Below, one piece after another: positions 1 through 11,903 of a DNA stretch of 64,000 bases (position 1 is its first letter; each line of letters opens with the position of its first letter). The notes under the pieces are model-generated. The model worked only from the letters and a program-made list of their open reading frames with translations, was not told where the DNA came from and made no database searches. The position numbers and the translations under genes were made by a program. Source of the DNA: Magallana gigas (lineage: Eukaryota); the NCBI RefSeq assembly GCF_963853765.1, contig NC_088861.1, forward strand, positions 41,788,001 through 41,852,000, read 5' to 3'.

Positions 1-716
1 TTTGTGTGAGACACATCTATGAAAGTTACATGTAGGCATATTAATACATATTTGCATATGTATCACTTTACTTAAAGATAGCTTTAAGTTATATTGCAAT
101 AAATAATGTAATAGTTTTTTTTTATCGAATTACTCTTAATGCTTATTTCCTTCATAAATATTTTTTGTGAGTTTAACGATTTTTTGACCACGCATGCGGT
201 CTAAATCTCGGCTTTTCTTTACCGTCGTAACAATCGAAGAATATAATTCCCCTGCATTAATTAAAAATTCCTCGCCATTGTCACCCGCTGGGAGACAACT
301 CTCTCGGAAGATATTCACCTGTTTCACAATTTCTAACAATACACAAATATTGATTGGGCTTTGAGTAGAACTGCTTCCTCTTACCACTGAGGATTAGGGA
401 GGGCAAGGTCTCACGAGAGAAACTCTGGAATCCCCATCTTGTCGCTTTTATCTAGTGTTAGCGTGGATTATATCAGAAAGGACAGGCTTTTCACTGGAGA
501 GGAACTCTTAAGAAGGGGACTAATGTATAAAATAAGATATTTCATTGTACGAGAATAGTTCAAAGCATATTTATTAACAACATTAATCTAAGTTAAGTTT
601 ATTCTTTTTTTGTGATTAAGGAGATAAAAATATTAAGCTTCATTTTCTGATTATGTTTTAAGACTAACGTATTCTAACGTTTATGTACTTGGACAGTTTA
701 GAGTGAGGTTACAACA

Positions 717-720
<4 letters not shown>

Positions 721-750
<30 letters not shown>
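721..750. repeat. (TC)15 microsatellite
   Basis: Perfect dinucleotide run. Confidence 0.98.
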
Positions 751-753
<3 letters not shown>

Positions 754-1569
754 GTCACTTCTTCCTGACTTGTTAATCTCTAATAATCTTTAGCAAATTT
801 GTTCGTCTCTGCATGAAATCCAACACGCTAGTTTGGACGATAGCAGACATTCTCCATAATTACGGATGTACAATGCTCCGGATGATCCCAATCAAAGAGA
901 GTTATGATATTTAATACACCTAAAAGCTAAGAACATACTCAACATTTGTGGAATAACTGTACTTCATTTACTACTCTCGAAGATTGTTATTAATTGTAAC
1001 TCTGCGTGCGGCAACACTAGTCTCCACCAAAGATAAAAGGAGACCTAATATAATATTGACACGAACCGAGGTGTAGATTTAATTCATATAGAACGATGTT
1101 GACCCGGGAGATGAAAAGCATGCATCCTATATATTACTGAGTAAATAAGTACCGTATTCTGAAATGAACAACCAGTTTATTTGTGTTTCTTCGGTAAATG
1201 TATCATTAATTGTTTACATACAGTATTTCAACGACAGTTAATTGAATTATGTTACAATAGGTTTAAAAATCTGGGAAATGTTTTTCGGTAGGTGTATAGA
1301 AGAAGCTACTCTCTATGTTTATCAGTGATACACAAAATATGCGTTAATGATAGACAAGTGTGGTTCACAAATTCCTCATCATAAATGTCATAAGTCCCAT
1401 TTTCAGTGCACTTTGAATCATTTAAAAAATCTCCCAGTTGTTTAAACAGTAACTGCAAACACGAAACAAGATACACACATGTACAAGTACATGTACCATT
1501 ATGTGCATCATATTAATTTGGCACATTTAAAAAAATGATTCTATTCTTCATGATTTTAAAAAAGCGATG

Positions 1570-1752
1570 CCTTGTACGGATCAGGAATTTTTTTTCCAGA
1601 AGGAAAGAGGGTGTCCAAGGAATAAGAATGTCTGCCCGGGGTGGTGGTAGGGTGGGTCCAAGGCATATTATCGGTATTTTATTGTGTAAGTTAAACAAGT
1701 TTAAATTATTCACGTGGGACCCGCTCCCCGACCCTCCCTCTAGATCCACGCA
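1570..1752. mobile_element. Short G-rich dispersed repeat (MITE-like); a related copy lies at ~57700-57835
   Basis: Both copies have G/C-rich tracts and end in CCCTCTAGATC(C/T)(A/G)(C/A)GCATG. Left boundary is approximate. Confidence 0.45.
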
Positions 1753-1939
1753 TGAATGCGTTTTTAATCTGCAGGCAAAATACCTAATAACTAAAATTTG
1801 ACCAATCGACTAGTATCTTATCTTTATCCTACTCATACATAGTCACATGTTATTGGAGAATCAGCTATTATGAGTAAGTCTTATTGCAAGCTTATGTTAA
1901 TTTCTAACTCATCTTTTAGAAATTGAAAACATACATTCT

Positions 1940-3565
1940 TTAATTTTGTCTTTGTTTCTTACAGAAGTCTTCAATAGATTTCATGAATTGGTCAATCTTT
2001 GAATTAAGGCTTTGCTCATAACCATTCCGGGAACTTGTCTGCCGTTTGGTTGAGTTTTCCTCCACTAGCTGCTTTAGTAGACGCGACCGCGTGGCCTTTG
2101 AGAACGTCATTTCCACATTAAGGATCTGTTCTCGCTGATCCTCGGCAAACACAGGAGTTTCTGTAGCAAGTTTCTTCATCAGTTTCTCGCGCTTTTTCAT
2201 CTTGAACGGATCGTGTTTATAACGATCTTGAGGTTTCACATAATCGTGCAACTTCTTTCCCTTGAACCACATGAAATTTCTATGATCAACATCAGGCAGA
2301 CTCTTTAATTCTGAGTCCTCAATGAGAAGTTCTCCGCCCGCCACCGTATGGGGCCGCTGTTTTTCCACGTGTGATAAAGTGATGGCAGCCGACCCGTCAG
2401 TCTCTAGCGCGACATCAACAATCTGAATATGCCTGTCTCCCGTACTACTTTGAGAACGAAGGAATTTATTGCTCGAACCGCCAATATTTGTTTGCGCGCC
2501 ATTTTCTTGCATACGATTTTGGGTGTTTTGTTCGTCGTTTTGAATGGTATACACCATCATGTACTCTTGTTCTGATTTCTCATCTCCCTCTTCGTTTGGT
2601 ACTTCCTCTAGCACTGGTAAAGGCGTGTGGCCTAAAAAGCGTGCTTTTTCTTTGACCGCTTTGTCGATTTCCGGCTCACAACTCTTGTCTTCAACATGCT
2701 CACTCTTTAATTTATCCCCCGTTTCTTCCAAAACATTACCTATGTCACAATGCTTTTGACTTTCCTTTCCATCGTCATTTGTCATCGAATCACAATTATG
2801 CACTAATTGCCCCAATTCTTTTTTTAAGTTTTGACCATTTTGTTTTTTCTTGGTGTCAGTAGTCCTTGAATTCTTGTCAAAACTCTCTGCTTGTATTGTT
2901 TCTTGAAAAGGTGATGACACATTCATTTTTCTGTCAGGTTTGTCCGACTTTGTCGACCTGACTGTTACACTTTTACCTTGATTAGAACGGTCTATGGACG
3001 AGTAAAGACCACAGTCTCCAGCTTCATCATCGGAAATAAGCACTTTGTTTGAAACAGGAGTAGAACTGAGAATTCTGCTTTCGTCGCTGAAGTTTAGAGA
3101 ACCCTCTTGACCGTTCTGTTGATTTGAGTTCTCAGAGTTACCCGTGGTACTGACAGAATTACATTCGGTTTCCTCTGTTCGCGATTCGCTCGACTTTCGT
3201 AAAGAACTCGACCGCCTGCGAAATTTTCGGGATTCTGGCTTTGCAAAATTGTTCTGCTGAAACAGTACATTGAAAGTGGATTCTGATGGCGTCACTGACC
3301 ATGGCTTGTTATGACGTTGCATTTCATGCGGCGTGACGTGGTCACTTTTCTCGCACGCGACCTGACAATCCGGACAAGGACTGTTCCCAGAAGTTCTTTG
3401 ACTTTCGAGACAAAACTGAGATATTTTTGTTTTCTCTTTCTTTAAATTATCATGATACAAACCTCTCTCTTCCGAGAGACGATGCAATCTTTCCTTTAAT
3501 GCTTTGTCTTCGCGTCGATTCCTGGTCATTGCTAGTACCTCACTCTCCGTGAATCGTCTGCCCAT
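1940..3565 (-). CDS. Uncharacterised 541-aa protein: N-terminal coiled coil, long disordered Ser/Glu-rich middle, helical C-terminus
   Basis: 1.6-kb stop-free ORF starting at ATG in AT-rich DNA, with higher GC than the flanks. Shares terminal motifs with the 10944-11903 ORF. Confidence 0.75.
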   Translation of the reverse strand: MGRRFTESEVLAMTRNRREDKALKERLHRLSEERGLYHDNLKKEKTKISQFCLESQRTSGNSPCPDCQVACEKSDHVTPHEMQRHNKPWSVTPSESTFNVLFQQNNFAKPESRKFRRRSSSLRKSSESRTEETECNSVSTTGNSENSNQQNGQEGSLNFSDESRILSSTPVSNKVLISDDEAGDCGLYSSIDRSNQGKSVTVRSTKSDKPDRKMNVSSPFQETIQAESFDKNSRTTDTKKKQNGQNLKKELGQLVHNCDSMTNDDGKESQKHCDIGNVLEETGDKLKSEHVEDKSCEPEIDKAVKEKARFLGHTPLPVLEEVPNEEGDEKSEQEYMMVYTIQNDEQNTQNRMQENGAQTNIGGSSNKFLRSQSSTGDRHIQIVDVALETDGSAAITLSHVEKQRPHTVAGGELLIEDSELKSLPDVDHRNFMWFKGKKLHDYVKPQDRYKHDPFKMKKREKLMKKLATETPVFAEDQREQILNVEMTFSKATRSRLLKQLVEENSTKRQTSSRNGYEQSLNSKIDQFMKSIEDFCKKQRQN

Positions 3566-5824
3566 TTTTGTTTTCAGATCCTCTATATTGAAAATAATAT
3601 TGTCTTGTTTTTAAGAACAGGCACACTCAATATAATTCTCTTATGTCTGAAGTGTTTATCCAAATGGCGTTCCTCACATGTATTTTGGCTTTTAATAAAT
3701 CGGCGCACGTGCTGTGTCGTCCATTTCGAGAAAGTATTTGACAAGGTTTGTCAAAAGATTAGAGGATAAAAATTGATCCCTCGTCTGTTAAGACGGGATC
3801 CCGGAACGTCACTTGGAGAGATAAAGAAACCTTTACATGGTTATTTGTTCATCAAACATCAATAAAATTTCGATCCCAATTTCATGTGGGGCTCCTGATT
3901 TCGGTAACTCCAGATATACACGCTGTGTTTTTTGCTCAACTTGTGAACACTGGTCCTCCTTTTTAACTATTGATTTTGGCTTCCATCAATCATGGACGCC
4001 CGAATTCAGCATTTTTTATCTGTTTGGTAATGACACAGAACCGTAGGGGAAAAAACGGAGAGCGAAAACCCTCAAAGACATGGAGTATTTAGACGGTTAA
4101 TAGATGAACACAAATCATTTCGTTCGTGATATTTTGTGTCCGTAAGTTTAGATTAACAATTTATTTATTGTGAGGTAAAAGGCAGAGTCATCTTTTTAAA
4201 AGTTTCTTTACGTAACAGCTCTAATACTAAGTTCCTATATGTCAATATAGCCCGCTGGGAATTTCTATGAACCTCAAATACGCGAAATCAAATATTTTAT
4301 CTTAATGCTTTAAATGCTCATATTTAGTACGTAGGTTTGGTTTGCAGGGTATGCTTTGTGAGCCCTGTTTTCAGCTAAGTTTTAATTGTTCGCATAGCAT
4401 TGTCACATTGGTAAATATAATCTCCCAAAAACGAAAGTTTTATTCCATTTGCGATACAATGGTATGTTTTGCTGTTTGCGTGTAGCTTTAAGAATACACA
4501 ATTAAAGTTTGCACAACAAAATTTTAATATCTTATGCCGAAGAGAATGAATGTTCTATAAATTCAGATTGCTTTGTTCATGGCGAACAGGCTTCGCTATA
4601 CCTTGTTATTTCATTATTGTATTTGTTTGACGTAGAAATACATTGAAAATTTTAAATCAAAATATTTTCGACAGTTTTAGTGTAAGTGTAATTAAATGGT
4701 GTACTGTTATTATGGTTAGCATCACCATGGAATATTCGTTGGCTGAAAAAAGTAGCACGTCATTGCTGCGTCATCAGAATAATTCATGGTTTTCTGAAAA
4801 CTGTCGAAGTACATGTGTATAAATGAAATGAAATCAATTAATAAATGTAAGAAAATGCAAATAATTATAAAATAACGAAATCTTAGTGAGATTGGTCTAG
4901 ACAATTTGATAAATCTAAAAGTGAAAGTATTCACTAATCACTGAGCATCCAGTCCCAAGGGGACCGAGCTATTGATAATTCATCATTTGAACAGAGAGAA
5001 GTTGCTGAAAAGCGTTGCATTCTGCACTTAGGAAAACGTTTTGATGCCGATGTTGTGGTGTTTTTTTAATGTTTTGAGAACGTTTTCTGGTAAAGGCAAA
5101 CAGTCAATCGTTTAGTCAAAGAGTCAGTCTTTTTACAATGGTCCATGGAGACAGTCACTGGTGGTAGTTAACAACAGGAGCCAAATGACGTAATATGGTT
5201 GTCTACGTAAACTGTGTAAATAATATTAATGACATCAATAAAAACTTTTTTTCTCAAATGCTTGACTGTTTGAGTATTTACTTCACTGAAAGTCAATCAA
5301 AAACCCCGGGTACTCTAACTGAACGATAATAAGTTGTACTTTTAGCAGCGTTTGCTGTTGGCTCTTATTTGCTTTATATTTATCACTTCGGTATTTAGTC
5401 AAACCCGTTTTGACATTCATTTGCTTTTACTCCGGGAAAATTTCGCATGCAAATATGAATTGTGAGATCCAAATTAAATGAAAGTATTTGCTATCTATTA
5501 TTAAAATTTACAAATTAAAGAATAGCACCAAAGGTACATGATACTGGTTTCTTGTCAACAAAAACGAACAGCGACAAAAAATAGTATCATTGAGGGTCAA
5601 ATCTTTGAGTACAGTAACTTGTTAAAATGAACATTTTCATATTTTTCTTAATAATACAAAAGAGAGCATAAATTTGTCTGAATATTGATATTTGAATCAT
5701 AATATTTCAGATTTTCAGAGTCATAAATCAAATTGAAGTAATACCATCAATTGCTTACTCTTTTTTATTTTTCTTAGCTACTATCAATTTGTAAAGCCCC
5801 AAAGATTTTAAACTATCTATACCA

Positions 5825-6201
5825 CAGGTGCTTAAGGACAGGATCGACCCTCCACCCCCCCCCCCCCTCCCCAAGATTATAGACCCCCGGGACTTTGATA
5901 TTATTTTTATATTAAATTATCCTTTTATAACATATTTCTATTCTAATTTATACATTCCTTGCCCAAAATTACCTAAAACAAATATTTTTAAAAAATCAGA
6001 CCCTCTACATATATAATACAAGTATATATGTACAGAGGGTCTGATTTAAAAAAAAAATGTTTGTTTTATGTAATTTTGGGCATTGGATGAATAAATTAGA
6101 TTATGAATATGTCATACAAGGATAATTTAATAAAAAAGAAAAAGAAAGTCCCGGGGTCTAGATATTGGGGCGGGGGGTTTGATCCTGTCCCCAAGCACCT
6201 G
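5825..6201. mobile_element. Foldback/MITE-like element, imperfectly palindromic over its full length (~377 bp)
   Basis: CAGGTGCTTAAGGACAGGATC...GATCCTGTCCCCAAGCACCTG ends. Inner arms also pair (AGACCCCCGGGACTTT/AAAGTCCCGGGGTCT; AATCAGACCCTCT/AGAGGGTCTGATT). TA present on the right flank only. Confidence 0.85.
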
Positions 6202-8332
6202 TAGTTTTTTTTATCGCCGCGCATTTGCAGGAAATGGCGCAAAAAGTGAAAAGAAAGTTGTATAACGTTTCTTTTACGTTTAAAAAAAAAGACTAAATTA
6301 CGTTAACTATATATTTTTTATAGTAATGTCTTACCCTCCCCCTCCACAATACACAAACTTCGTATCTTTAGTATCCACAATAAAAAGCTCTATGATAGGT
6401 GCAATTCTATTTCTTTTAAATTGCAGTGGATTTGATTATTCTCTATTGGTAAATTTACAATGCATCTCAAACTGAAAAAAGGGAAAATTCCAAACGTTAC
6501 CTTCGATGGACAGGGAGAAAAAAGATAAATAGCGTGGCTTTATCAGTTAATATCAGATAATGGACTTTATAAATTAGCAGTTTCACTAGATTATGAAGAG
6601 GTCGTGTCAAGTGTAAACAGGTAATAAATCTCATTTATCTCAGGTAGAAGTTAGCAGACCAATTCACACCTGTGAACCAATAAAGTTCGCTTCCCTGCTG
6701 CTATATAGCGTGGAATCTACAGAGAATGGAGTCCCTTCTCTCCTGTATGATTAGATTTTTGGCCGACAGACCTATATAAAAATTACATCTACATGTATAT
6801 ATAGAATCAATTCACACCCAACGTTAACATTTAATACATGGACATATATTAAAATACAATCTCAGGAAAATGTCTCATATGCTCAGATATGGTTATGTGT
6901 GCACACAGGTGTTACACGTGAGGTGGTGTGTGCCTATCTTAGATCATGAATGTAAGGGTTAAAGGCATTGTACTATACAAAATATCATTTTTGCGTATAC
7001 TAGTAGTTGGTACATGTATGTCTGCATGCAATGGGCATATTTACTTATAACTGTTGGCTGGGAAATGTTTGATTTAGGCATTGTACATGTATATAATTAT
7101 GTACACTTGATAAAAAACTGAATAATTCAAGTTTAGATTGTGTGTGAGGATAAATTATATACAGCATGTATATATATAAGAGTAAAGGCGTCAACAATCT
7201 ATACATGTACACGTATATCAGTAAATATATGAGCATTTGTTACAAGCCACTTCTACCAAAACACTTTAATTTTTCCTCTATTACTTTGGGGTGTTTCACA
7301 CCATTCTAAGAATAATCTAAAATTGAGCAGCTTTATTCAGGAGATTGTGATGCTAAGACACCATTTCCAAAAGCAGGGAGGTTAAGTTATTCCACTTCTT
7401 TGAAATAAAAATGGATATGGATGATCCGTTATCTTATTTTCCTTTTTTATGTTTGAATACATTTTTTTCAGCTGATACATGTATATACATTGAAACCATG
7501 TAGAGAAAGTCCGATAAATCATTATCCGCCGATGTCGGCTTTTGAAGTGGAGTTGTCTTCCTTTGAATTGATTTTTGTTAGCAGGTGTCGTATCATTATA
7601 AACCTGATGTAATCGACTAATATTCAAGTGAGTTTCACCAAAGAGGTATTAAATTTAAGAAATTACTACTAAGGGTTTAATACGATATCTAAACAACAAT
7701 AAAGAGCATCAACAGAAACAAAAAAAAGTATTTACCGACAATTTATAGTTTTGTCAACTTTTTAATTTTTTTATCTTCTTGCTTTTGTTGTGTTATCCTT
7801 CTCTTTAGACAATGAAATCCTGGTCCATTTATGCTGCATTTTGGATGTTATGCTGATAATGCTTATGTGTATTGGATGATAAAAGAGGAATGAGTTCATA
7901 AAAATTCAAAATTCTGAATATATTTAGTTTGTGAAAAAAATATGCTCAGGGTGCGACACACTATAACATTAGTTAAAAAAAATAATATGCGAGATTATGA
8001 GTTGTACGTACATGTAGGAGATTTTTTTTTCATTGTTTTTAATACTGACAGCAATATGTATCCGTAGGAAAGAGGATATACATCGTATTTTGGGTTAATA
8101 AATATTTTCCCTGTCTCAGTTTTAAATAACGTTGTTGTTAACACGTTGTTGTTGTTGTTGTAGTTGTATTTATAAAGGGGAATGAGAATAGATATGCAAT
8201 ATCCGGGGAAGAGGGGTGCAACATACATTTTTCTTAAACGTACAAGTTTACATAGATTAATGAATTTAAACAAAAATACAACATATATATCTAAAGATAC
8301 GACCAGATCAACCGGCCGGATTAGGATATTGG

Positions 8333-8335
<3 letters not shown>

Positions 8336-8406
<71 letters not shown>
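8336..8406. repeat. (GA)n microsatellite
   Basis: Perfect run of about 35 units. Confidence 0.98.
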
Positions 8407-8411
<5 letters not shown>

Positions 8412-8573
8412 TCAAATCTAAGAAATTTAACTATCTTCCCCCTTTAATTCATATCCGCTTTGGTAAAATTTGCTAATTGTTACATCATTTTTAAATTAAT
8501 TGTTCAATAACAAACTCAGCCAAAGTGTGACAGATAAGGCAGGGGCAAACTTTTAGCTAATATACACAATTAT

Positions 8574-8578
<5 letters not shown>

Positions 8579-8616
<38 letters not shown>
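8579..8616. repeat. (CT)n microsatellite
   Basis: Perfect run of 19 units. Confidence 0.98.
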
Positions 8617-8621
<5 letters not shown>

Positions 8622-10328
8622 CTTACACAGGGCACCTGTCTTATTTGCCACGAGATAACGAAAAGAACAACCCTAAGTAAATATTTGATAAGGTAAAAGG
8701 CCGGCAAATTATACCTTACAGTTTGTTTTGTTGTATAATCCATTGTATGCACCGGTCCGTAATAATCGATTGTATTCACAGAACAGAAAATGTAAAGTCA
8801 TCGAGTGATTTAGAGTGTCTGCTCAATAATTAAAAATAAATAAATGGGAATATCAGTATGTAGTTCATACATAAAGTTAAGGAAGACGAGTAATCAACAA
8901 ATTAACTATCAAATTTACATAAAATATAGATTTTGAATATGATTTTTCTAAGTCAAGAATACACCTCAATGTTTACGCTATATCATTTAAATAATTCACC
9001 AATTATTTAATCTAACTAATAATTATGGTTTTATCTAATTTAAAGTTTTTCTTTTTAAGGTAATACAAAGCTCTAAATAGCATGAAATGGCAATAATAAC
9101 CTAGCATTTTCTAAGACTTCAGGAGATGTACAATTCCAACGCATTTCAGGTTCTTTGTTAAAGTTGAACATTAAAATTTTATATAATTTAGAAAGTTCAG
9201 GCTTAGACTTTAACAGATATTAAACCTTGCATATACAAATTGTTTTTGTCAACAATTATGATTAAATGCCTCGATAGTTTTCTTTAAAAAGACAATGAGT
9301 CTTATATTGAAAGTCTTAGTGTGTTTTCTCCTTTAAATTCAAACTTTTAATTGTCTGGTAGAAATCGACGAAGCAGTAATTAAAAAAAACATTTCTTTAA
9401 AGCGGCCTTGAATGACATTAACCGCACTATTCAATTAAACAAATTTAAAGTTAAAAAGTTCAAACTGGGGTCCGATTGATTTCTCTTGTGGATCGTTCGT
9501 CTCGTTAAGCAATCTAGTTTTAATTTTCCTTTCACCAAACCTTCCAATGCCAATTTTGCTTTTGAATATGAAAAAAATTCAGAACACATTAATAAATAGG
9601 CCGTCCACTCTTATAATGCTGTGATCGATCAATTCTTTTTAGCAGATGCTTTTAACAGCCGCGTTTTATTCCAACTGATTTTATTTAACGTTCGTAGTAC
9701 TAATGATGGCTGTCATTATTGATATATAGAAGTGACGAAACATAATATTTGAAATACACGTACAATGTTAGACATTGCAGATTATATCCTGCAATTTCAA
9801 TTGATATCTTTCACATTCAAATTTTATTCTACAGATTCAGTCGTAGTTTACACATTTAACTGCTTTCCTTTATTTTCAATTCATACCCTACATTCTTTTT
9901 ACTGATATCGTAATTATTTTAAACTGTTATTCTTAAACTCATTACACATGGTATAAACATAACAGTTTGGAACCAATTTACCAAAGTATAAAGATAAAAA
10001 CATTACACCTAATGAAGTCCTATATAAACTTTTCATTAGCTATAAAATGGCGTTTCCTTGTAAAGGCTTAACATAAACTTAACAGAATTCGTGGTTTTTA
10101 TAATCATTTTGATTTCAGGTCCTTGAAAATACTGGTACCGATTTTCTTTTTAATCTGTTTAATAACCTGCCTTAGGTGTAATAACAACCCAATTTCGCCT
10201 TTTCGACTCATTTTCTCTAACATATTTTGCTATGCATTGGTAAAATAAATTAAATTTGATTGTTAATGTTGGATCAAAAAATATAAACCGTGTAACATCG
10301 TATAAGTTCTGTCAGTTCATTCGGTCCG

Positions 10329-10510
10329 TGTTAACACTGCATCGTCTGTCTTACTCAGTAAGCATGTTAACACTGCATCGTCTGTCTTACTCAGTAAGCA
10401 TGTTAACACTGTATCGTCTGCCTTACTCAGTAAGCATGTTAACACTGTATCGTCTGTCTTACTCAGTAAGCATGTTAACACTGTATCGTCTGTCTTACTC
10501 AGTAAGCATG
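10329..10510. repeat. Minisatellite, 36-bp unit x5
   Basis: TGTTAACACTG(C/T)ATCGTCTG(T/C)CTTACTCAGTAAGCA repeated head-to-tail with no spacers. Confidence 0.95.
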
Positions 10511-10943
10511 ACTACTAGTGCTTGTTCTCTTCTCTTGGATTTGTTGAATATGTCTTATCCCCATTATCATCTGCTTGAACACCGCAGACACAGACGTTTG
10601 CACAGAGAACTTGAGAAACATCGTATTTACTCTGCTTTTGCTTGTTTTTAAAACACCGTATATATTTCCTTTCAGGATAATGTTTCATAATCTCAAATCG
10701 TGCTTCATATTCGTTATAAAGCATGAAGTCTGGAGTGGGAGATTTGATCGTTGTTAAATGACCGCCTGCTCTTCAATTCGATTAAGTATCGATTCCAGAT
10801 CGATAAATTAATGATACATGTGAAAACCACGTGTTAGTCGATCTGTTTGCAGCTGGCACGCATACCACCAGTGATATATTGTTACTCCAGACTCCATTTC
10901 CGACAATAAAGCTTCTGATACCCTATTCTACAGTTTGTGAATT

Positions 10944-11903
10944 TTATGGCTCAATAAGGTCACGGCCTTTAGCTTCGACGTCTAACTTCTGTATATATTG
11001 GTTTACCCTAGCTTGACTGGCCTCGTACCTCTCCTTCTCGTCTCGCAGTGCGTCAGACATGGTATATGTCGTCACTACCGGTCCTTGCTTACGTAAGCGA
11101 GCCAGTTTCTGCAATTCTTTTCGCAGTTCATAAGCGGCCACTGACTTATCAAAGAACAGCTTGTTTGGTGTATGAATCCGTTTTTGATTTGTGAGCTTAT
11201 TGTTATTTGAGCTAACAGGACATGATTTGGGTCGTTCGTTTTCGCTTAAACGCGGACTAACGGTAGGTATCGTACTCTGTGATCTCTTGCCCAAAGTTCC
11301 GGGTAAATCAGGTATCTTTCGTGACGTCACAGACGCAGACAAACTACGTTTGGCAGACACGATAGCTGAATTTATATCCTTAACGGAGTCTATACATTTA
11401 TCGTCATTCGGAATATACTCCTTAAACACAGAAAACTTGACAGACGGTCTCTTATGCTTCGTAATCATTCCCGACTTTTTCCGCGTTCTTTCAGATTCCG
11501 AATCATCACTTAAATTCTCCAGATCACTTTCGTCACTGGATCCTTTGTTCACTTCCGGTTCTGGAATGACTCTACCTTCATTTGAATTGTCCGTAACCGC
11601 GTTTTGAATCCGCTGACACTCCTGGCGGATCCTCCCGCTGCGGACCTGGTATTTGTGTGCCTCATGTCGATGTGTCTTCTGGGACGCCTTCTTCTGATTC
11701 TCAATGTCATTCATCACCATGTTGTACCTAGTCTGTACGATCTTGTTCCGGCGAAAGGCGTCCCTCTCGTTTTCACTCCAAAACACTATGGGTCTGGGAA
11801 GCTTTCTCTCCCCTTCCCCCATTCTATACTTCGAAGTTTTGCCATCCTTTTTGGTCGTTTTTTTCTTAGTATCTATCAGTTCAATTTGCGGCGAATTTTC
11901 CAT
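10944..11903 (-). CDS. Uncharacterised 319-aa basic/coiled-coil protein, probable distant paralog of 1940-3565
   Basis: 960-bp ORF from ATG with coding-like composition. Motifs WSENERDAFRRNK and YEASQARVNQYIQKLD match the 541-aa protein. Confidence 0.7.
   Translation of the reverse strand: MENSPQIELIDTKKKTTKKDGKTSKYRMGEGERKLPRPIVFWSENERDAFRRNKIVQTRYNMVMNDIENQKKASQKTHRHEAHKYQVRSGRIRQECQRIQNAVTDNSNEGRVIPEPEVNKGSSDESDLENLSDDSESERTRKKSGMITKHKRPSVKFSVFKEYIPNDDKCIDSVKDINSAIVSAKRSLSASVTSRKIPDLPGTLGKRSQSTIPTVSPRLSENERPKSCPVSSNNNKLTNQKRIHTPNKLFFDKSVAAYELRKELQKLARLRKQGPVVTTYTMSDALRDEKERYEASQARVNQYIQKLDVEAKGRDLIEP

Noticed and set aside
136-387. 83-aa ORF on the - strand at the window start
   Set aside because: GTG start, in-frame stop just upstream and no recognisable motif. 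It could be an exon of an outside gene, but this cannot be supported.
8182-8779. ORFs with RERERE runs (also 17488-17781, 21493-21782)
   Set aside because: Artefacts of GA/CT microsatellites.
10329-10510. 36-bp repeats of CRISPR-like length
   Set aside because: Head-to-tail with no spacers, no cas genes, eukaryotic context.
10831-11016. VDLFAAGTHTTS resembles the cytochrome P450 I-helix (AGxDTT)
   Set aside because: Isolated 12-aa match bounded by stops, His at the acidic position, no ExxR/PERF/heme motifs nearby, and it overlaps the 3' end of a gene on the opposite strand. Treated as chance.
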